From: Candidatus Lindowbacteria bacterium RIFCSPLOWO2_12_FULL_62_27
GTDB taxonomy: Bacteria; Lindowbacteria; 2-12-FULL-62-27
Length of the DNA stretch: 20,000 nucleotides
Direction of reading: 5' to 3'
NCBI GenBank assembly: GCA_001784175.1
Contig: MFPR01000033.1
Coordinates: 109,376-129,375, forward strand
The position numbers and the translations under genes were made by a program. A model generated the notes under the pieces. That model did not search any database. It was not told the DNA's origin and saw only the letters and a program-made list of their open reading frames with translations. Below are positions 19,011 to 20,000 of the stretch, one piece after another; the first letter of the stretch is position 1, and each line of letters begins with the position of its first letter.

Positions 19011-19635
19011 GACATATCGTGCCCCGAGAAGTTTCGAGAATCATCATCCTGATTCGGAAAATGATAACGTTCCAGTTTCGATAAAAAGATATGATGAAAA
19101 ACATGAGGATACCCCGATATAAAACCGTTATTCCCGATTCTGATGTTTGGTCGAGAAAATTCGGATGCTTCACGCCGATTCGTAACGTGGGGCATCGAAA
19201 TTTACAATCAGATAAAAGGATTGAGCATATTGAAAGTAAAAAACCGTATATCACTTCAGATATTCCCGATTCTGACGTTTGGTCGAGAAGATTCGGATGC
19301 TTCACGCCGATTCGGCACGTGGGGCATCGAAAGTTACAACCAGTTAAAAGGATTGAGTATATTGAAAGTAAAAAACCGTATATCACTTCAGATATTCCCG
19401 ACTCTGATGCTTGGTCGAGAGGATTCGGATGCTTCACGCCGATTCGACACGTGGTGGCATCGAAATTTGCAATCGGAAAATTATGAATACGTATCAGGTT
19501 TCAGAAATCCTGATGATGATTCAAGAAACGGCGGGGCACGATACGTCGCATAACTTAGCGTTCCCGGCGGGCGGCATTCGCCGCCCTCACCCGCGCCTGA
19601 TCATCTGGGGGCGCGGGTGCGGGAACGCTTGGTCG
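19005..19635 (+). mobile_element. Cassette 4, made largely of 132-bp tandem repeats, probably non-coding
   Basis: Terminal arms 19004-19026 and 19532-19554 match at 22/23. Confidence 0.75.
19131..19474. repeat. 132-bp tandem repeat, about 2.6 copies; a fourth partial copy lies at about 19830-19943
   Basis: The unit TTCCCGA(T/C)TCTGA...GGTCGAG...TTCGGATGCTTCACGCCGATTCG...CGTGGGGCATCGAAA starts at 19131, 19263 and 19395. Confidence 0.92.
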
Positions 19636-19641
19636 TTATCG
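19548..19641 (+). repeat. attC-like site 4 (94 bp)
   Basis: GCATAAC...GTTATCG with stem variant AGCGTTCCCG/CGGGAACGCT. Confidence 0.88.
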
Positions 19642-20000
19642 GACATGACCGCAGATTCGATAGAAAACATATGATTAAAAACAGGAGGATACCCCGATAT
19701 AAACCCATTATTCCCGATTCTGAAATCTCGGACGGGGCGACACACGAGTACGCCGATTCTGAAGCGCGCCCGGAAAGGTTTTTACAAAAAAGAAAATTTT
19801 TTTCTGACAGGGCAGATAAAATTCTATATTTCCCGAGTCTGACGTGTGGTCGAGAGGATTCGGTTGCTTCACGCCGATTCGACACGTGGGGCATCGAAAT
19901 TTACAATCAGATAAAAGGATTGAGTATATTGAAAGTAGAAAACTATAGAGCAACTCAGAAAACAGGGCGGTCACGTCCGATAACTTCGCGCTCCCGGCGG
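19636..20000 (+). mobile_element. Cassette 5, apparently ORF-less; its attC-like site is cut by the window edge
   Basis: Terminal arms 19635-19652 and 19967-19984 match at 17/18. Confidence 0.7.
19978..20000 (+). repeat. attC-like site 5 (partial)
   Basis: CGATAACTTCGCGCTCCCGGCGG matches the start of the repeat. Confidence 0.8.

Noticed and set aside
19201-19231. Sigma70 promoter TTTACA...(C/T)ATATT in the 132-bp unit
   Set aside because: The spacing is 19 bp and the match is weak in AT-rich DNA, so it cannot be supported.
19091-19486. 131-aa repeat protein, and overlapping ORFs 19143-19553 and 18871-19437
   Set aside because: Several frames on both strands are open simply because of the 132-bp repeat, and the third copy is frameshifted. 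Not called as a CDS, though not fully excluded.
17685-19674. Short ORFs containing NLA(L/F)PAGGIRRPHPRL (17685-17927, 18219-18428, 18843-19052, 19411-19674)
   Set aside because: They are translations through the attC-like repeat, not a protein family.
16607-19984. Cassettes as MITEs or IS elements because of their terminal inverted repeats
   Set aside because: No target-site duplications or transposase. The inverted repeats differ per unit and always abut the same constant core.
17774-20000. CRISPR array interpretation of the repeats
   Set aside because: The repeats are 94 bp, the intervening DNA is about 340-1170 bp and can carry genes, and no cas genes are present.

Overview
The window has two parts. 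Positions 1-15227 are a GC-rich, minus-strand run of housekeeping and envelope genes, in transcription order: a prephenate dehydratase-prephenate dehydrogenase fusion, a cNMP-binding protein, ruvB, a phosphomannomutase/phosphoglucomutase, a SpoIVB/S55 peptidase, a beta-propeller protein, an FxLYD-type protein, a membrane protein, and a >1340-aa TPR lipoprotein that runs off the left edge and is missing from the ORF track. Positions 15286-20000 are an atypical integron-like system. Its tyrosine recombinase carries a HARP-like N-terminal domain and lacks the IntI-specific insertion. It is followed in the same orientation by an attI-like site and five AT-richer cassettes separated by 94-bp branched (Y-shaped) attC-like repeats. 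The main observation is that each cassette has its own 18-25 bp terminal inverted repeat with a single invariant A/C mismatch at position 11 (5 of 5 cassettes). Three of the five cassettes appear ORF-less and are mosaics of shared modules. All calls come from reading the sequence by eye; no database searches were run.
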